In this document: piece after piece, positions 17,510 through 34,119 of the stretch
Layout: every line of letters begins with the position of its first letter
Position numbering within the stretch: the stretch's first letter is position 1
Program-made: the position numbers and the translations under genes
Origin: the human T2T-CHM13v2.0 reference genome, Homo sapiens
Length of the DNA stretch: 64,000 nt
Direction: 5' to 3' (one strand)
Assembly: GCF_009914755.1 (NCBI RefSeq)
Contig: NC_060932.1
Notes under the pieces: model-generated
What the model was told of the DNA's origin: nothing
Seen by the model: only the letters and a program-made list of their open reading frames with translations
Database searches by the model: none

Positions 17510-18040
17510 AAAATAAGTGACACTACTGAGTATTTACTGTATTCCAGGTACTGTTATAAGTTACTCACTCTTTTATTACTAAGAACAACACTATCAGATG
17601 TTGTTTTCTTTTTTCTTTGAGACAGGGTCTCACACTCACTGTCACCAAGGCTGGAATGCAGTGGCACAAACAAGACGGCTCACTGCAGCCATGACCTCCT
17701 GGGCTCGAGCAATCCTCCTGTCTCAGCCTCCCGAGAAGCTGGGACTACAAGCATGTGTTACCATACCTGGCTAATTTTTTTTTTTTTTTTGTAGAGACAA
17801 GGTCTCACCATGCTGCCCAGGGCTGGTTTCAAACTCCTGGACTCAAGTGATTCTCCCACCTTGGCCTCCGAACGTGCTAGGATTACAGGCATGAGCCACT
17901 GCACCCAGCCCAGGCATTGTTTTCAATTCTCATTTTAGGGACGTAGAAACAAGCAAAAAATAACTAACTTGCTCAGCTATAAAGTGATAGAGCTGGGATC
18001 TTAAATTAGGTAGTCTGTTTCTAGAACCTAGGCATCTGAC
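17510..18040 (-). mobile_element. MIR split by an AluJ (17603-17911)
   Basis: MIR-like sequence on both sides of a clear Alu. Confidence 0.7.
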
Positions 18041-18899
18041 ACTGATACCACACCATGCTTAAATTATTTGTTATTCAGTTTTTAAAAAAACACTTCTAAC
18101 TTATGGATATGTATTTATATTATCTAAATATGCTTATAAAATAACACAATTTACTACATTAACTTTTAGGATAATGTGTACTTCAGCCAAGCAAATAAAT
18201 CCCACAAAGGCCCTAAAAACCAAATATTTTTATACCATACATTCTTAACCTGAACCTTTTGTGGACTTTTTCTAGAAAAAAACTTATATTTTATATCCAA
18301 AAGTTCACTGTTGTATACATTTATGAATACACTGACATGAGCAACACTAAGATACTACTAGTAGAAATCATTAATTATAACAGTACTAATAACAACAAAT
18401 GACATAGAGATCAATATTCTCATTCTAAAAGGCAGAACTTGTAAACATTTTAACATTTAAAGCAGGCATGAACGCTTTCCACTGATTTCTTTTACTAAAC
18501 AGGGAAGTAATTTTCTTCACTTTCATGTAATTGTAAAGAAGACACCCCAGCTTTACCTACACAACTTAAAAACTTATCTACACAAACTCAAGAATCTGGT
18601 CTGTAAATATTAAGTCAAATATAACTTAAAATACATTGGAAATTTAATATTATTTAAAATCCTCATTTGGTTAAAAACAAGCTCATTTAACCCTGATGTT
18701 CAGTAAGACATTTCTTTTAAATTATATAAAGAGGAAGTAAATAATGCTCACAATCAACAAGTTTAACTATGATACATCTAAACCCTCAAAAATCTCTCTC
18801 AATGCAAGAGACTATCAAGACTCATTTGACTGAAAGTCACGAGACCTTTGTGAAAAGATGTTATTAATACACACACACACACAAAAAAGAGAGAGAGAC

Positions 18900-19050
18900 C
18901 TAACTTTCTGTGCTGGGTTTACCTCTAACCAGCTGGGTGGGCGCAAACAAGTCCCTCGTGCTCTCTTGGACTCAGTTTCTTTATTGATGGAATACGGACA
19001 TGATTAGATCAGGTAATCTCTAAGTCTTCCCAGCATTACAATTCTGTGAG
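18900..19050 (+). mobile_element. MIR3/MIR fragment following (CA)n(GA)n
   Basis: ctcagtttct...tctctaagtcttcccagc...attctgtga. Confidence 0.6.
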
Positions 19051-19328
19051 ATCTTATAGTTTAATGTTTTATTGATCTCCTTGTTACGTAATGTTATAAT
19101 AATAAATGAAAACATTGTCACTACTTTAGTTATTTCAGAAATTTCCCTTGCTCTGTAATGGCTAATTATAAAACAAACAGCTGCTCTAAAGAAAAAAACC
19201 TGGAAAATAGGCTCAACTGCTTTTCATAGACAGAGAAAAAGACTCTATAAATCATTACTGTATGGGGAATAAAGGCCTTCAGTAAACTTATCAAAAAATT
19301 AATGTTTTCTTAAAAAAACTATACACAC

Positions 19329-19480
19329 CTTGGCTTGTCCATTATAATCATCATCTAAAATGTTTAGGGAATTTGAAACCGCAGTACCACGAAAAAAGCG
19401 TGAAGATCTAAGATATCGCTGGAAACTTAGTAGCCTTCTGATATTCCTTGCAGAGACAGACACTTCAATTTCAGATTGAG
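19329..19480 (-). CDS. PDE7A: PDE7A exon 4 ([51 protein letters not shown])
   Basis: Acceptor ttttatttcag|CT, donor AAG|GTGTGT; 152 nt; lies within ORF 19299-19529. Confidence 0.97.
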
Positions 19481-22099
19481 CTGAAATAAAAAGAATAAAA
19501 GGTAAGTATAGCAAGTTAAAATTATACACATGCTATCTTTGCAATACCACTTTTAGTTATGTACAAGTATTTTTAAAAATTCATTTAAATAATTATACCA
19601 CATTTCCATGAAAGAAGTGATACTTTATTTCTATTTTATTTTATTTTTTTAAGTGAGTTCTCACTCTATTACATTTCTATTTTCAATGAAAGAACTAAGG
19701 ATGAAGGTCAATGGCCAATTTTGACAGCATTTAGAAAGCTAACGAAGACTGGTGGGATTAATAATCACGGTTTGTTTTTTTTTTTAACTTTAAAATACTA
19801 TAACCTCTTACTCTTTTGCTTCAATATACCACATAAACATGGAGCAGAAACATGGAAAAAACCTAGTTTCAAACTACTAGAAAAGCCAGGTCCTAAGTTA
19901 CATATGAGATTTTAACAATTACACAAGTAAAACATTTCATATCCCAATGAGGTATCATTTCAAATATTTACTTAAGATAATTAAGAAGAAAAGGAGGTAG
20001 AAGGGGGAGCAAAGTGGTTTATATCCTGTAAGTGTTCTAAAGGATAGGGATAAAAATTATTAAGGTGATATGCTCTAGAAAAGATGCAGTTCTACAGTGG
20101 AGACTGGAATGTTCTCTTTCAGTGAGTCTAACATAGCCATTTTTTCCCTCTAGTGTTAGAATAAACCAGAGTTCCCTGGATTGGGCACCAGATGAAATGA
20201 CAGATCTGGGGTAAAATCTGTCTTGCAGGGAACATACGTTATCTTTAGATTCTAAAATCAAACCAAATTCAGTAAAATGTTCACAATATAAAACAGGAAA
20301 ATCAAGACTGAGGATCAATAAATCATCTCTTAATTTAGAATCACCAGGTGAAATGGAAGGTAATCAAACATATTCTCTCTTGCATATCCAGTCACTCACT
20401 CCTCTATTAACCTCTAGCCCTGTGTTTCCTTATGTGTATAATGGCAATAATATCTAATTTAAGGGGTGCTGGATTAAATGAGATAATATATATACAAGTC
20501 AGAGACACAGCAGGTGTTAAATAGTAGCCATGTCGAGGGTGGTAAAATTGATGCTGCTCCCACTGCTTGCAGGTATGCTACTAGTAATTATCAGAAATTC
20601 TGAATCTGCTCATCTTGCTCTAAATAAAAGCATTTCATGGCTCTTCATCATCTTAATATGAACTTCATTTCCTTAGCCTGGAAGAGAAGGCTTCACGCTC
20701 CAAGTCTGGCTCTTTGTAGACTTGACTCAGCTGTCACCTTCCCTGGGAAGCACATTCAGTACACTGCCCCTATCTTGAAGAGGCGGGAAGCACCCGCTCT
20801 GGCTTCCCAAAGCTCCCTGTGCATTCATCTATAATAGTACTTCTGATATTATAATTAGTTTTTTGTCTCCTTGAACAAATGATGACTTTCAGAACAGGCA
20901 TGAACTATCTTTTTTACCTCTGTATTCCAAAGCCTAATAGTAATGCAAAGCATATAGTAAGTAATTGTAAAATATATTAAATAAATGCATACTATTTTTA
21001 AAATATCTGATGAACTCTGAGGTTCCCATACACACAAATAAACAGAAGTAAAATAATGCACACTGTTATGTGATTTACTTCTCCCATTTTTCATTCCAGT
21101 GAGTAAAATGCAAGTATCTAAAACAATTATGAATCTTAAATTTCTGATCTTTACCAATGTAACTTACTTTAAAAAAAGGACTAGAACCAAAATAGTAAAA
21201 ACTATTAATATCAAGTGATGATTATGTTTAAACTAGAATTGGTCTGTTTGAAGAAATTTGGGTAGATTAAATTCTATGAAAGCAATGTTCCAAGTGCTTT
21301 GTAAAAAGAATCTCATTTAGCCATCAACAGCTTCAAAAGATAAATAGTATGCCCCACTTTACACATGAGAACACTGTGCCTACAAGAAATTAAATAACTT
21401 TCCTAAGGTCACATACCCAATATAGGGTGACACCTGGATTAAAAAACACAGATCTGTTTATAAAGCCTGTTTACTCACAAGGGTTTTTAAATTATATTTC
21501 TACAGTATTGTTTATTTACTGTCCATTACAAAATTCTGTGTACATCCTTATTCAAAATAGTCTTTATTTCAGATGAAGATATGGACAGAAAAAGAAACAG
21601 AAGGAAAATAGCTAATGCAAAGGAATGTTAAGTATATAACGGACTCTTCTAACTTTATTACTAGAAAAAAGTGGATCTGCAAGGGACATAATAGCATGGC
21701 ATGAATATGTGGGGAGGAGATAAGATCTAATTAATGTAACACTAGCACCACCATCTCTGTATTTGTAAAGCACTTTACAGTTTTACCAGAGTATGTTCAC
21801 ATCCACTATCCCATTTAGTAATCATTACCATCCTGTGAAGAAGGCAAAGATTATCATCTCCATTTTACAAATATATCCTTAGAAACCAAGGTAAAAATGC
21901 AATACAATGAATGCATTAGAGCCGACACACTTAGAAAACTTTTAGAAAATGTTGCAGAATACTTGTACTGTATTTATTATGAAAAAATAACCTAAAGCAG
22001 AGTTCAAGGTCATGAGTGCCACTTCATGAGCATTCCCTCTGATTTACCTTAAATTACACACAAAAGGTAACAATTTTATTACTGGCAATTAGGATTGCT

Positions 22100-22148
22100 G
22101 TGTGTGTGTATTAGGATCACACTGTATGTATATATGTAAATTAGAATC

Positions 22149-22179
<31 letters not shown>

Positions 22180-22214
22180 CTGTGTGTGTCTGTGTGTGTG
22201 TGAGACAGAGAGAG
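22100..22214. repeat. (TG)n compound microsatellite
   Basis: Seen directly. Confidence 0.95.
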
Positions 22215-23055
22215 AATTTGAGAATCTCTTTGCAAGGACAACTGCATAAGGTCCAAAACATGAATTAGCCTCATTTGAGAGGGAAACTCCAACAATTCAA
22301 TCCACTGTGCTCTGTCACCATGGTAGGATACATACTGTCAATGGTTAAGTCAATTGGTACTGTCTGGGAGCCAAGGCCCCAACCATGAAATCATGGTTGT
22401 ATCCTCCCCTGCCTAACTCTTATTTTCTGGGCAACTTCTGACAAGTCATAACCTTCTGATATCTCATTTTCCTTAACTGTAAAAAAAAAATCATGTTTCC
22501 TGTTTCACAGAGCCCTGAAGTTAAGATTCATTATCAAGAGTTCTATTTTGACCAAGTTAAGCTGCAAATGAGTATTAGATATTGACTCACAAGGAAATGA
22601 TCACTCATCATGGAAGCCCAATGCCTTCTAAGATTAATCTCATAAAGAAACCTACATAACAGGATAAGAAATGGACCTTCACTTAATGATATAGGACCAC
22701 CCTTATCAATTACTGATTATGTCACAGACAAATTAAGAAAGGACATGGAGCCTGTCTAGATGAAATGGAAGATCATTCAAGGAAAAGTGTTTTCTTCACC
22801 TACAGGGTCTGAGGGCCTCATACAGGAAGCCTACACGTAACAAGATTATATTCTGGTAAAGAATGAAAATCCCACGAGACTTTGCAGAGATGCCAACTAA
22901 AACTACCTCAAAGTTTTGTCTAAGATTTAATAGAGGACCAGAACTTTCGGGGGATGTCTGGTTTGATTTTTTTCATTAATCTAATCTTTGAATATGTAAT
23001 GCATTCACGTTTCAAAAACAAGAAGGGAGGGAAGAAAGAAAATAACAGTGAATGA

Positions 23056-23467
<412 letters not shown>

Positions 23468-23899
23468 CTTCCTGAGTTTTAAAAAATTAAATATATAGAA
23501 ACATATTATTTTTCTACTTATTTTACATAAATGGTAGCATATTTTACAACCTGTTCTGCATCTTGCTTTTTAATTTATTGTGGATCACTCTCCCTGTCAG
23601 TGCATAGACACCTTCCCTGTTCTTTTATAAGGCTGTAAAGTATTCTATCATACAGATGAATCATAATCTATTTAGCCAGTCCTCTACTGAAGGGCACTGC
23701 TACAGTTTTACAGTTTGCAAGAATACCTTTGTTTTGTTAAATATGCTTATATTTCTACTACTTGATTTGTCAGCTTGAGATATCATCCTCTAATTTTCAG
23801 TTATTGCACGAGGAAGTCACTCTATATGCCATCTTCTTTCCCCTTTCCTCTTCCAGTATTGTTAGTTACCAGAGCATATTTTTTTCCTTTCACTCTTAT

Positions 23900-24800
23900 C
23901 TCTACTTTCATTTTAGGCTTAGCTGTAGAAACTGAATATACTCAATAACGCAAGACCTTTTATCTTAATTTCCCCAGTTATCTATTTGCTTGTGTTCATA
24001 CTCTAGTAGTATCCTTAAGTGCTCATGAAAACAAAATTATCTCACAGCAATATATTTCACTCATAATATATTATTGAATGTTCAAATTTTTTTTCAGTAG
24101 TCTTTTGTCTTTCTTGGTTCTCCTTTTCCTTTCTTGAATTTCTTTGAAGGTACTGGTTCATTATCTCTGGCATTGAAACTTGCAAAATCTGAGGCAAACC
24201 TGTTATTTTTGCCCTTGTAAGTGACTAGGTATTTTTGTATGGCCGCCCACAGAATTCTTTCTTTCTCTTTAAAGGCCAATTACTTTACTAAGATATATCT
24301 CATTGTTAACCATTCTGGGTCATTTTTGCCTGGTATGTTCTTTCAATATACAAATTTAAATCTTCTGTTATTCCTGGAAAGTTTTCTTGAATTATATCTC
24401 TAAATATCTACTTTGCTCCACTATTTTAGCTTTTTAAAATCAGACACTCTAAACTGTCTATGTTGAAACACCTTTATGTGTTTTCTATCTCACTTTCTCT
24501 CCAATTCTTTTTAACTATTTGTTTGCTTTTCTCATTTCTATCCACTATAACCATTACTGTGTTCAGTATAAATTCTATCTTGTCGCCTTCCAAATCTGTC
24601 TTCCTTTCCATGATATATTTAAATTTTACTTCTACTATTTTCTGATTCTGAATGTACATGTCTAATGCAACTGAACTCCTTTTGTTGTCTTATCTCTTCA
24701 CTGAGTTCTTAAATTTGTGCTTTATGGTAAAGCTATTGTTTAATTTAATTTTTTGAGTGGTAGGAAATTTAGTCACAATTTTCATCAGTTCTATGGCAGC
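23900..24800 (-). mobile_element. Old L1/HAL1 ORF1 remnant
   Basis: Minus ORF 24094-24279 (KEKERILWAA..LVTYKGKNNRFASDF) resembles L1 ORF1p; a coiled-coil-like ORF lies upstream. Confidence 0.7.
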
Positions 24801-25647
24801 ACTATTCCATTAAGTGCTCTCCAGTCATTAAATTCTGCTGCTGTCTTCCACTGTTTTACTTAAATTATCTGCTGTGCCAGTTTCCTTTTTTAAAAGTCAT
24901 TATTGAATGAGCTGAATTTTCCTGGACCAACTCTTTGTACCAAGTTCTTAATGGGGATAAAAGGGAGGTCTTGGGAGAGAGCAGAGGAAATCCCTCTGAG
25001 CTCTACTACCCAAATGGCTCTCTCCTTCTCTGCCAAAGAAATAAACTGCTTCTTAGGATCATGCCTCTGCTATTTCTCTAAACCATACTGGGCCCAGAGA
25101 GACTGCACTGGACCCTGCTTAACCCAGATCCTAGACCAGATGTGGAAAGTGAAATAATTAGCTTTGTACTTCAGGGTGAGCTCCCCACCCTCACCCACCC
25201 CTAAGCTTTAAAAAAGAAAAATTAAGACTTCTTTGTGTCCTAACATATGGTCTATTCAATGTGCACTCGAGAAGAATTTGTGTTCTGCTGTTGAGTACTC
25301 TGTGTCTGTTACCTCTAACTGGATTATAGTGTTGCTCAGGTGCTCGATTTCCTTATTACTCTTCTGATTGTCCTATCCATTATTGAAAGTGGGGTATTCA
25401 AGTCTTCATTATTGTAGAATTGTCTCTCTCTTAAATTCTGTCAAATTTTGCTTCATATATTGTGGAAATCCATTGTTAGATATACGTATGTGTTTATCAT
25501 TATTATATCTTCCTGCTGGATTGAAACTTTTATCAACATACAATGCCTTTTATCTCATAACCTTTTTTTTCAAAACTTAAAGTGTATACTGTCTGCCAAT
25601 AATAATATAGTCACCCCAGATCTCTTTTGGTTATTATCTGCATGGTA

Positions 25648-26072
25648 TGTTATATTAGGGTTCTCTAGATTAGTTCTGTCCCTCTAAAGGGGAGTTAAGT
25701 ATTAACTCACACGATCACAAGGTCCCACAATAGGGCATCTGCAAGCTGAGGAGCAAGGAAAGCAAGTCTGAGTCCCAGAACTGAAGAACTTGGGAGTCTG
25801 ATGTTTGAGGGATCCAGCACAGGAGAAAGATGTGGGCTAGGAAGCTAGGCCAGTCTAGTCTTTCCATGTTTTTCTGCTTGCTTTATAGTCTAGCCACGCT
25901 GGCAGCTGATTAGATGGTGCCCCCCCGCCCCAAGATTGAGGGTGCGTCTGCCTTTCCCAGCCCACTCGCTCAAATGTTAATCTCTTTTGGTAACACCCTC
26001 ACAGACACACCCAGGATCAATACTTTGCATCCTTCAATCCAATCAAGTTGACACTCACTATTAACCATCATA
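25648..26072 (-). mobile_element. MLT2A (HERV-L) solo LTR
   Basis: Reverse complement begins TGATGGTTAATAGTGAGTGTCAACTTGATTGGATTGAAGGATGC, matching the recalled MLT2A start. Confidence 0.85.
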
Positions 26073-26107
26073 TACCTCCTTTCCCATTCTTTTACTTTCA
26101 ACCTCTT

Positions 26108-27087
<980 letters not shown>

Positions 27088-28584
27088 TAAATTTACTTAG
27101 TGGTTACTTTGGGGTTTACAATTAACACCTTAAACTTATAAAGACCTAGTTTGAATAATACCAATTTAATTTCAATAGTATACAAACACTGCTCGTATGC
27201 ATCTCCAATCCTCCTCCTTCCTATTGTTATTATCACAAGTTACATCTTTATATGTGTGTGCCCATTACCACAGACATAATTATTGTTACATGCATTTGCC
27301 TTTTAAATCATATAAGTAAAAGAGGTGTTATAAACCAAAAATATAACACTGGTTTATATATTTACTTGTGTAGTAACCTTTACCAGTGTTCTTTATTTCC
27401 TCTTATGGCTTTAGGTAACTGTTAATACCCTTTTATGTCATCATAAAGAACTCCCTTTAGCATTTCTTTCTTATTCTCTTTGAAATGGAGATCTCACTAT
27501 GTCGCCTAGGCTGGCCTTGAACTCCTGAGCTCAAGAGATCTTCTTGCCCTAGCCTCCTGAGTAGCTAGGATTACAGGCATGTGCCACTGTGTTGAATCTA
27601 CCATTTCTTGTAGGACAGGTCTACTGGTAATGAACTCCCTCAACTTTTGTTTGTCTGGAAATATGTTAAACTCCCCTTCATTCTTCAAGGATAGTTTTGC
27701 CAAATATGGAATTCGTGGTTGACAGTTTTTTGTTTTTGTTTTCAGGACTGACAATATGTTAGTTTATTCCCTTCTGGCCACCAAGGTTCTTAATGAGAAA
27801 TCAGCTATTAATCTTATTGAGAATCCCTTGTACAAGACAAGTTGCTTCTCTCTTGCTGATTTCAAAATTCTTACTCTTTGGGTTTCAACAATTTGACTAT
27901 AGTGTGTCTCAGTGTGGATTTCTGAGTTTGTCCTGATTGGAATTTACCGAGCTTCTTGGATGTGCATATTCATGTCTTCATCAGATTTGGGAAGTTTATT
28001 TTTTCAAATATTTTTTTCTGCCCCTTTTTCTTTCTGGGACTCCAGTGATTCATGTATTGGTACACTTGATGGTGCCACCAGTCTCTCAGGCTCTGTTCAT
28101 TTCTCTTTTTTTTCTCTCTCTCTTTCTACTCCTCAGAATGGACAGTTTGAATTATCTTGCCTTCAAGTTTGCTGATCCTTACTTCCCCCTGCTCAAAGGT
28201 TTCAACAGCAGATTTTTCATTTCAGTTATTCTACTTTTCAATTCTAGAATTTCTGTTTGGTTCCTTTTTACAATTTCTTTCTCTTTACTGAGATTCTCAT
28301 TTTGTTTGTACATTGTTTTCCTTATTTGTTTTTAGTTATTTGTCCATGTTTTCTTTTAGTTCAGTAAACATTTAAGATAGTTCATTTAACATCTTTGACT
28401 AGTAATTCCAATGTGTGGGCTTCCTCCGGGGTGGTTTATATCAAATTCTTTTTTTTTCCTGTGGGCTATATTTTCCTGTATGTTTTGTATTTTTTTGTTG
28501 GAAACTGAACATTCCAAGTTTTACACTGGGGAAGCTCTGGAAACTGAATTATTTTACTCCTCCAGGATTGTTTATTTTTAAAAT

Positions 28585-30850
28585 TTTGCTGGCTTATGAT
28601 AAAGGGTATTTCAAGGAAACAGATAAAGGGATGTATAGGGCAAGGTATGGGGGAAGGGGTGCAGAGCTTCCATGCCCTCCGTAGGTGCACCACTCTCCAG
28701 GAACCTGCAGGTGTTCAGCTATGTGGAGGCTCCCTGAATGCGGTCCTCTTGGGTTTTTATGGAAGCTTCATAATGTCAGCATTCCTTCCCCCAAGGTATA
28801 GGGCAAGACTCTCTCTGGGGAAGGTCTTAGGACCCACAATCAGAAAAGTGGGCAGACATTAGAGTCCTGCCTTGGGGCAGGTGAAAGGAGGGCAGGAGAA
28901 GGTCAGAGAAATTGTTTTTCTTGAGGCCTGCTCCTGAGGCCTGACACACTCAACATTACAACAAAAGACTGTAACAAGGGCTATGGAAGTTACAAGCCAG
29001 GAATTGTGGGCAAAAACATAATACCACAGGTCATCCCCTGGTTTTCATACATGGATCCTTTAAATCAAAAGAATATACATAATTATTAATAACTAGTCCA
29101 GTCCATCATAGTGCATGACTGTCTCCCAGGGTGAGGCTACTCAGGTTTGTAGGGTTTTTTTAGATCTTGTCAGGTTCCAAAAGTGGCAGTAGTTTGGCAA
29201 ACATACAGTGTTATTCTTTCCGGCATCTGGAATAATTGAGCTAAGAGATAATGTTGTCTCTTGCTCCAAGACTTTGTTTTTGTTTTGTTTTGTTTTGTTT
29301 TGTTTGTTTTTTAAGACTGAGTCTCGCTCTGTCGCCCAGGCTGAAGTGCAGTGGCATGATCTGGGCTCACTGCAACCTCTGCTTCCCGGGTCCAAGTGAT
29401 TCTTCTGCCTCAGCCTCCTGAGTAGCTGGGACTACAGACGTGTGCCACCACGCCCGGCTAACTTTTGCATTTTTAGTAGAGATGGGGTTTCACCATATTG
29501 GCCAGGCTGGTCTCGATCTCCTGACCTCGTGATCCGACCGCCTTGGCCTCCCAAAGTGCTGGGATTACAGGTGTGAGCCACCACACCCAGCCAACTCCAA
29601 GACTTTTAATGTAATATTTGATTTCCCTCAATTTATAACCCACTTACTCATTTATTTACCCTCAGTTATTAGTCCTCCTTTTCTCCACTTGTCATTTATT
29701 TTTACTCAAATGTTTCCACATTTGGAAGGAGCATTAAGTTTGGTCTCTGTGCTAGTCCAGATTGCTGGTTGTAATACTAGTCTAGCAAGTGCCTTTTCCT
29801 GTGTCCATTCCCATTCATAGAGGGTAGGGTTACAAAGGTTCTGAACTAGTGAACCATTTTTACCACTAGGCAATAACAGCCGTATTCACTCTCAGCCCCA
29901 ATTTTGCCAGATGGGGTGAAGGCACAACCCACCCCCATCAGGCCCTCAGGAATTCTGGCATAAGGCTTAAAAATACAGTTATACTTTCTTGCTTAGAAAT
30001 AATCCTTGTTTCCAGCACTTGTAGTCCTAGGACTACTGTATCAGGTAAGGGGGAAAAAATGTTTTTAGGTGATTTGGGGAAGAAAGAAAAAAACTACAGT
30101 TGTTATACTAGTGCACTTCTCCCTTGGCAAGAATTTATAGTCATATCAGCATCCTCCACAACCCCTATTCACCAGATCCACCAGAAAAAGACACAAATCT
30201 TGTGGGGACACTCCTTTAGTCCCACTCATGCTGAATGTGAGCACACACTTGTGACGGTGAGTAAGCCAGCCCTTTGTGCTTTCATCTCCCTCTGTTATGG
30301 ACAGTGTTTCAATTGCCATTTCTACTTATCTTTCAAACTATACTCTGAAGAGGTTATCTCTCTGCCCAGTGCTGGACATTATGGGCTGTACAGTATGTTC
30401 CTTTGTCTGACAACTGTTGGCCACCGAAATCCATGCAGTACCTTCTGTTCTAGTTCTTTAATGGCACTCTAAGCATTTGCATCTTCCACAAGTAAGCAAA
30501 GCCCAATCCAGAATCAGGTCTATCCCATCTGTAGCCCCCCAGGGCTACCAGCATCAGTCTCACTTGCCAGCTATGTTCAGGGCGTTCCTACCATGGAATC
30601 TGTCCCATAACCATAGGCAGCCTCTGTCTCTCTTGCGGAGAAACAGGACTGTTCTTACCGTCATTATGTGTCTGAGAGGGGGCAAAAGGAACATGTCTTG
30701 ACTCAGCCCATCTCTACACTGCTGCAGTACCCCCAGATCCACTCATTCCATGGACCTCAGGGAGGCACACGGGGATACTTGCTTGCATTTTACGTCTTTT
30801 CCAAACTATTTTTCCCTTTGCTTGTCTGTTTGCCTTTTTCTATTCCTTGT
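28585..30850 (-). mobile_element. MER21-type 3' LTR (28585-29028) plus degraded ERVL-like internal/pol sequence
   Basis: The LTR is reverse-complement similar to 39071-39500. A PPT-like aggggatgacc precedes the LTR start on the minus strand. An integrase-like remnant (DSGLGFAY) is near 30490-30515. Confidence 0.65.
29275..29592 (-). mobile_element. AluS/Y nested in the ERV internal region
   Basis: (TTTTG)n tail; TSD ctccaagacttt. Confidence 0.92.
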
Positions 30851-31554
30851 ATGTAATCACTGAAGTTTCTGTTCCAGTATCTCTGCAGTCAGCCAGTGAT
30901 GTGGCACAGATTTCCTTAAGTGTCTGGCTCCAAAATGGGGGTGAGGGGCTCAGGACAGTACTATCTCCTTAAATCTCCTGACAGATGCCACTGGGGGAAA
31001 CCCCTGAGGCCAAGAGGGCCAAATCTTGTGAAAACATCTGCATCAGTCCCTCAGGGATCCGCCAGAATGACGAGAACACCAAGGTCCCCACTTCCCACCC
31101 TGGCTTCAGCCAGATACTGCAGGCATATGGGCCATATCCCCACAGGCCACAGGGCTGAGGAATGGGGGATGGCTACTGGTTCACCCAAGCTGTCCTGCCA
31201 AAAAACAGTGGCCTCTCCCTTCAACAAGTACTCTCTTGGTGACTCTAAGTGTCCAATCAGGGCCCAGAATGCTGAAATAGTTGATTCTGGTCATTTTTTC
31301 TACTTGGGTAGTTGTTTCAGTGGAGAGATCAACCCCTGGAGGTTCTTACTCTGTCATTTTGAATGGCATTCACCCCTTTCTTTTAAAGGGGGTTTTTCCT
31401 AAAGGTCCTTTCTGGAATGAGACATCCCAAACCCTCTCTTTTGCTCAGCCTAGGTTTGAGAATGGGGAAAGGTTGCATGTGAGAGCTTAACTGTCCAGAA
31501 ACAACCATTGTTAACACCCCACCCTGGTACTCTAGATTTTTTTTTTAAGAATTA

Positions 31555-31930
<376 letters not shown>

Positions 31931-32652
31931 TGTATCTATTATCTTTTCATGCCAATAAATATATGTAACATCACTTTTACTAGCCATGTATTAGTCTAAT
32001 GTATGAAATTATCATCACTTAATATTTTTGCTATAAAACTGTTTCAAACTTTTATTTTGCTTACAAACAATTCTGCAGTAAAGATCCTTATAACTAAATT
32101 TTTGTACACAACCTAATAGATTCCCTTAGAATAAGTATTCAGAAGTAGAACAAGGAATAGGAGTGCACTTCAATAGTGTCTAAAACCCATGCCAAACTGG
32201 AGACTAAGTACTAAAAGAAAATTAGAGAGATTTCCAGAACTGTCCTAGAATTGCTTCCAAAATATGATCTAAGAAAAGGGATCAAGAACTATAAATCAAG
32301 GATAAAACATGATGAGATCACTTTAAGACTGTTGGAAATTTTTAGTTTCTTCATGTTTACTCCACACCCCCACTCCCCTCATCACACAGACACTGTTTTC
32401 CTGGAGTAATGACATGTAAAATTCTTACTTTGGAAAAGCCTAGACTCCTATTATGGGGAAAGGAAGGAGGGTAGTGCTGGGAAGGTTACACCCAGGTGTT
32501 CTGTCAGCAGGTTAGCGAAACCTGAGTGAAAAAAGCAAATAGAGGCCACTACAGAGAGGAAAGGATATCAAGCTGAATAATTAACATCATTTAGGAATAC
32601 AGGAGAGAGGATACATGAGGAACTGGGAACAAGAGTGACTATGAGAATTTAA

Positions 32653-33038
<386 letters not shown>

Positions 33039-34119
33039 CCTCTTACCAATATTCTCATGAGCTCACTGTGACATGAGACAAATTATTTATTTCACAGCAT
33101 AATGCACAACAGATTAAACTTGCCTTTATTAAAGCTCCACTTCCATCAAGCCTGGACTATTTATTTTAAGTCCCAGGCTTGTGCTAGTTTACATGGTTAC
33201 CTACATTCCAATCCAGCTTAGAAAGCCAACAGGGCTCAGTGAATTAATCAAGTTACTATTAAAGAGCAGTTGGCTTTGCTGGCTCTTTTCTAAAATATCA
33301 CATTACTTCACTATGTGACCAAGAACAAACTACCAGCCTCCACCAAACCTAAATGAACACTGTGACTTAGTGATCACGGGTATTACTTCCAGTTAATGAT
33401 TCTTAGCTTCTCTAAGCCAAATCACAAAAAGTGGGATAGCAGACGAATGTAAAAGACATGTTTTTCTGTTGCTTTCCCCTCCTCATATTAGAAAGTAGAC
33501 AGGAAATACAAGCCCCAGGTCAAGGAAACAAGCGCTGAAGAACCAACACAACTGGAGCAGTATTACTCTAACTCTTCCACAGATTCTTTTCTATCACCCA
33601 AATCGCATGTTTTCCCACAACCGATGTCACAAAAGAGGCCTTTAACAGAAAAGCCTCTGGCTCTTGAGACCCGACCACTACTTGCTTTAACAGTCCACGA
33701 GAGGGAGCCCTGCAGCCACTGTATCTGCCACCTTAACAATCATGAAGATACTAATCATGAATTACCCTTGGAGATTATTGTTTAAAATTTTTTTAATTCA
33801 GTCCTATAAGGTTTTAACTCTAATCTAGGGCAAGGTCATGTTGAATGGCGCTGGTATTAAAACAAACCTGAAGATGTTCTATATCCTAACCTTCCCTTTC
33901 TTTCTCTTGATTTCCCTCAAAAAGAACAGGAGTGGTATCTAAAAGCCTATTGTTAACATCGGGTAATTACACTTACCCTACATCTACGGGACACATTTTC
34001 TTAGAAAAAAATTTTACATTTAGCATGCATGAATGAATAGGGGAAAATCAGCTAGGTGTCTGCAGCAATGGTCATTAGTAGAGCAGCACGTGCTGACATG
34101 GAGAGGCAGAGCAGCAAAG

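Noticed and set aside
19497-19507. Perfect plus-strand donor AAG|GTAAGT next to exon 4
   Set aside because: It is the reverse complement of the exon 4 branch-point/pyrimidine region; no matching plus-strand exon seen.
30059-31490. Cluster of ORFs up to 160 aa
   Set aside because: They lie in degraded ERV and L1 sequence, mostly on the antisense strand; the pol remnant is frameshifted.
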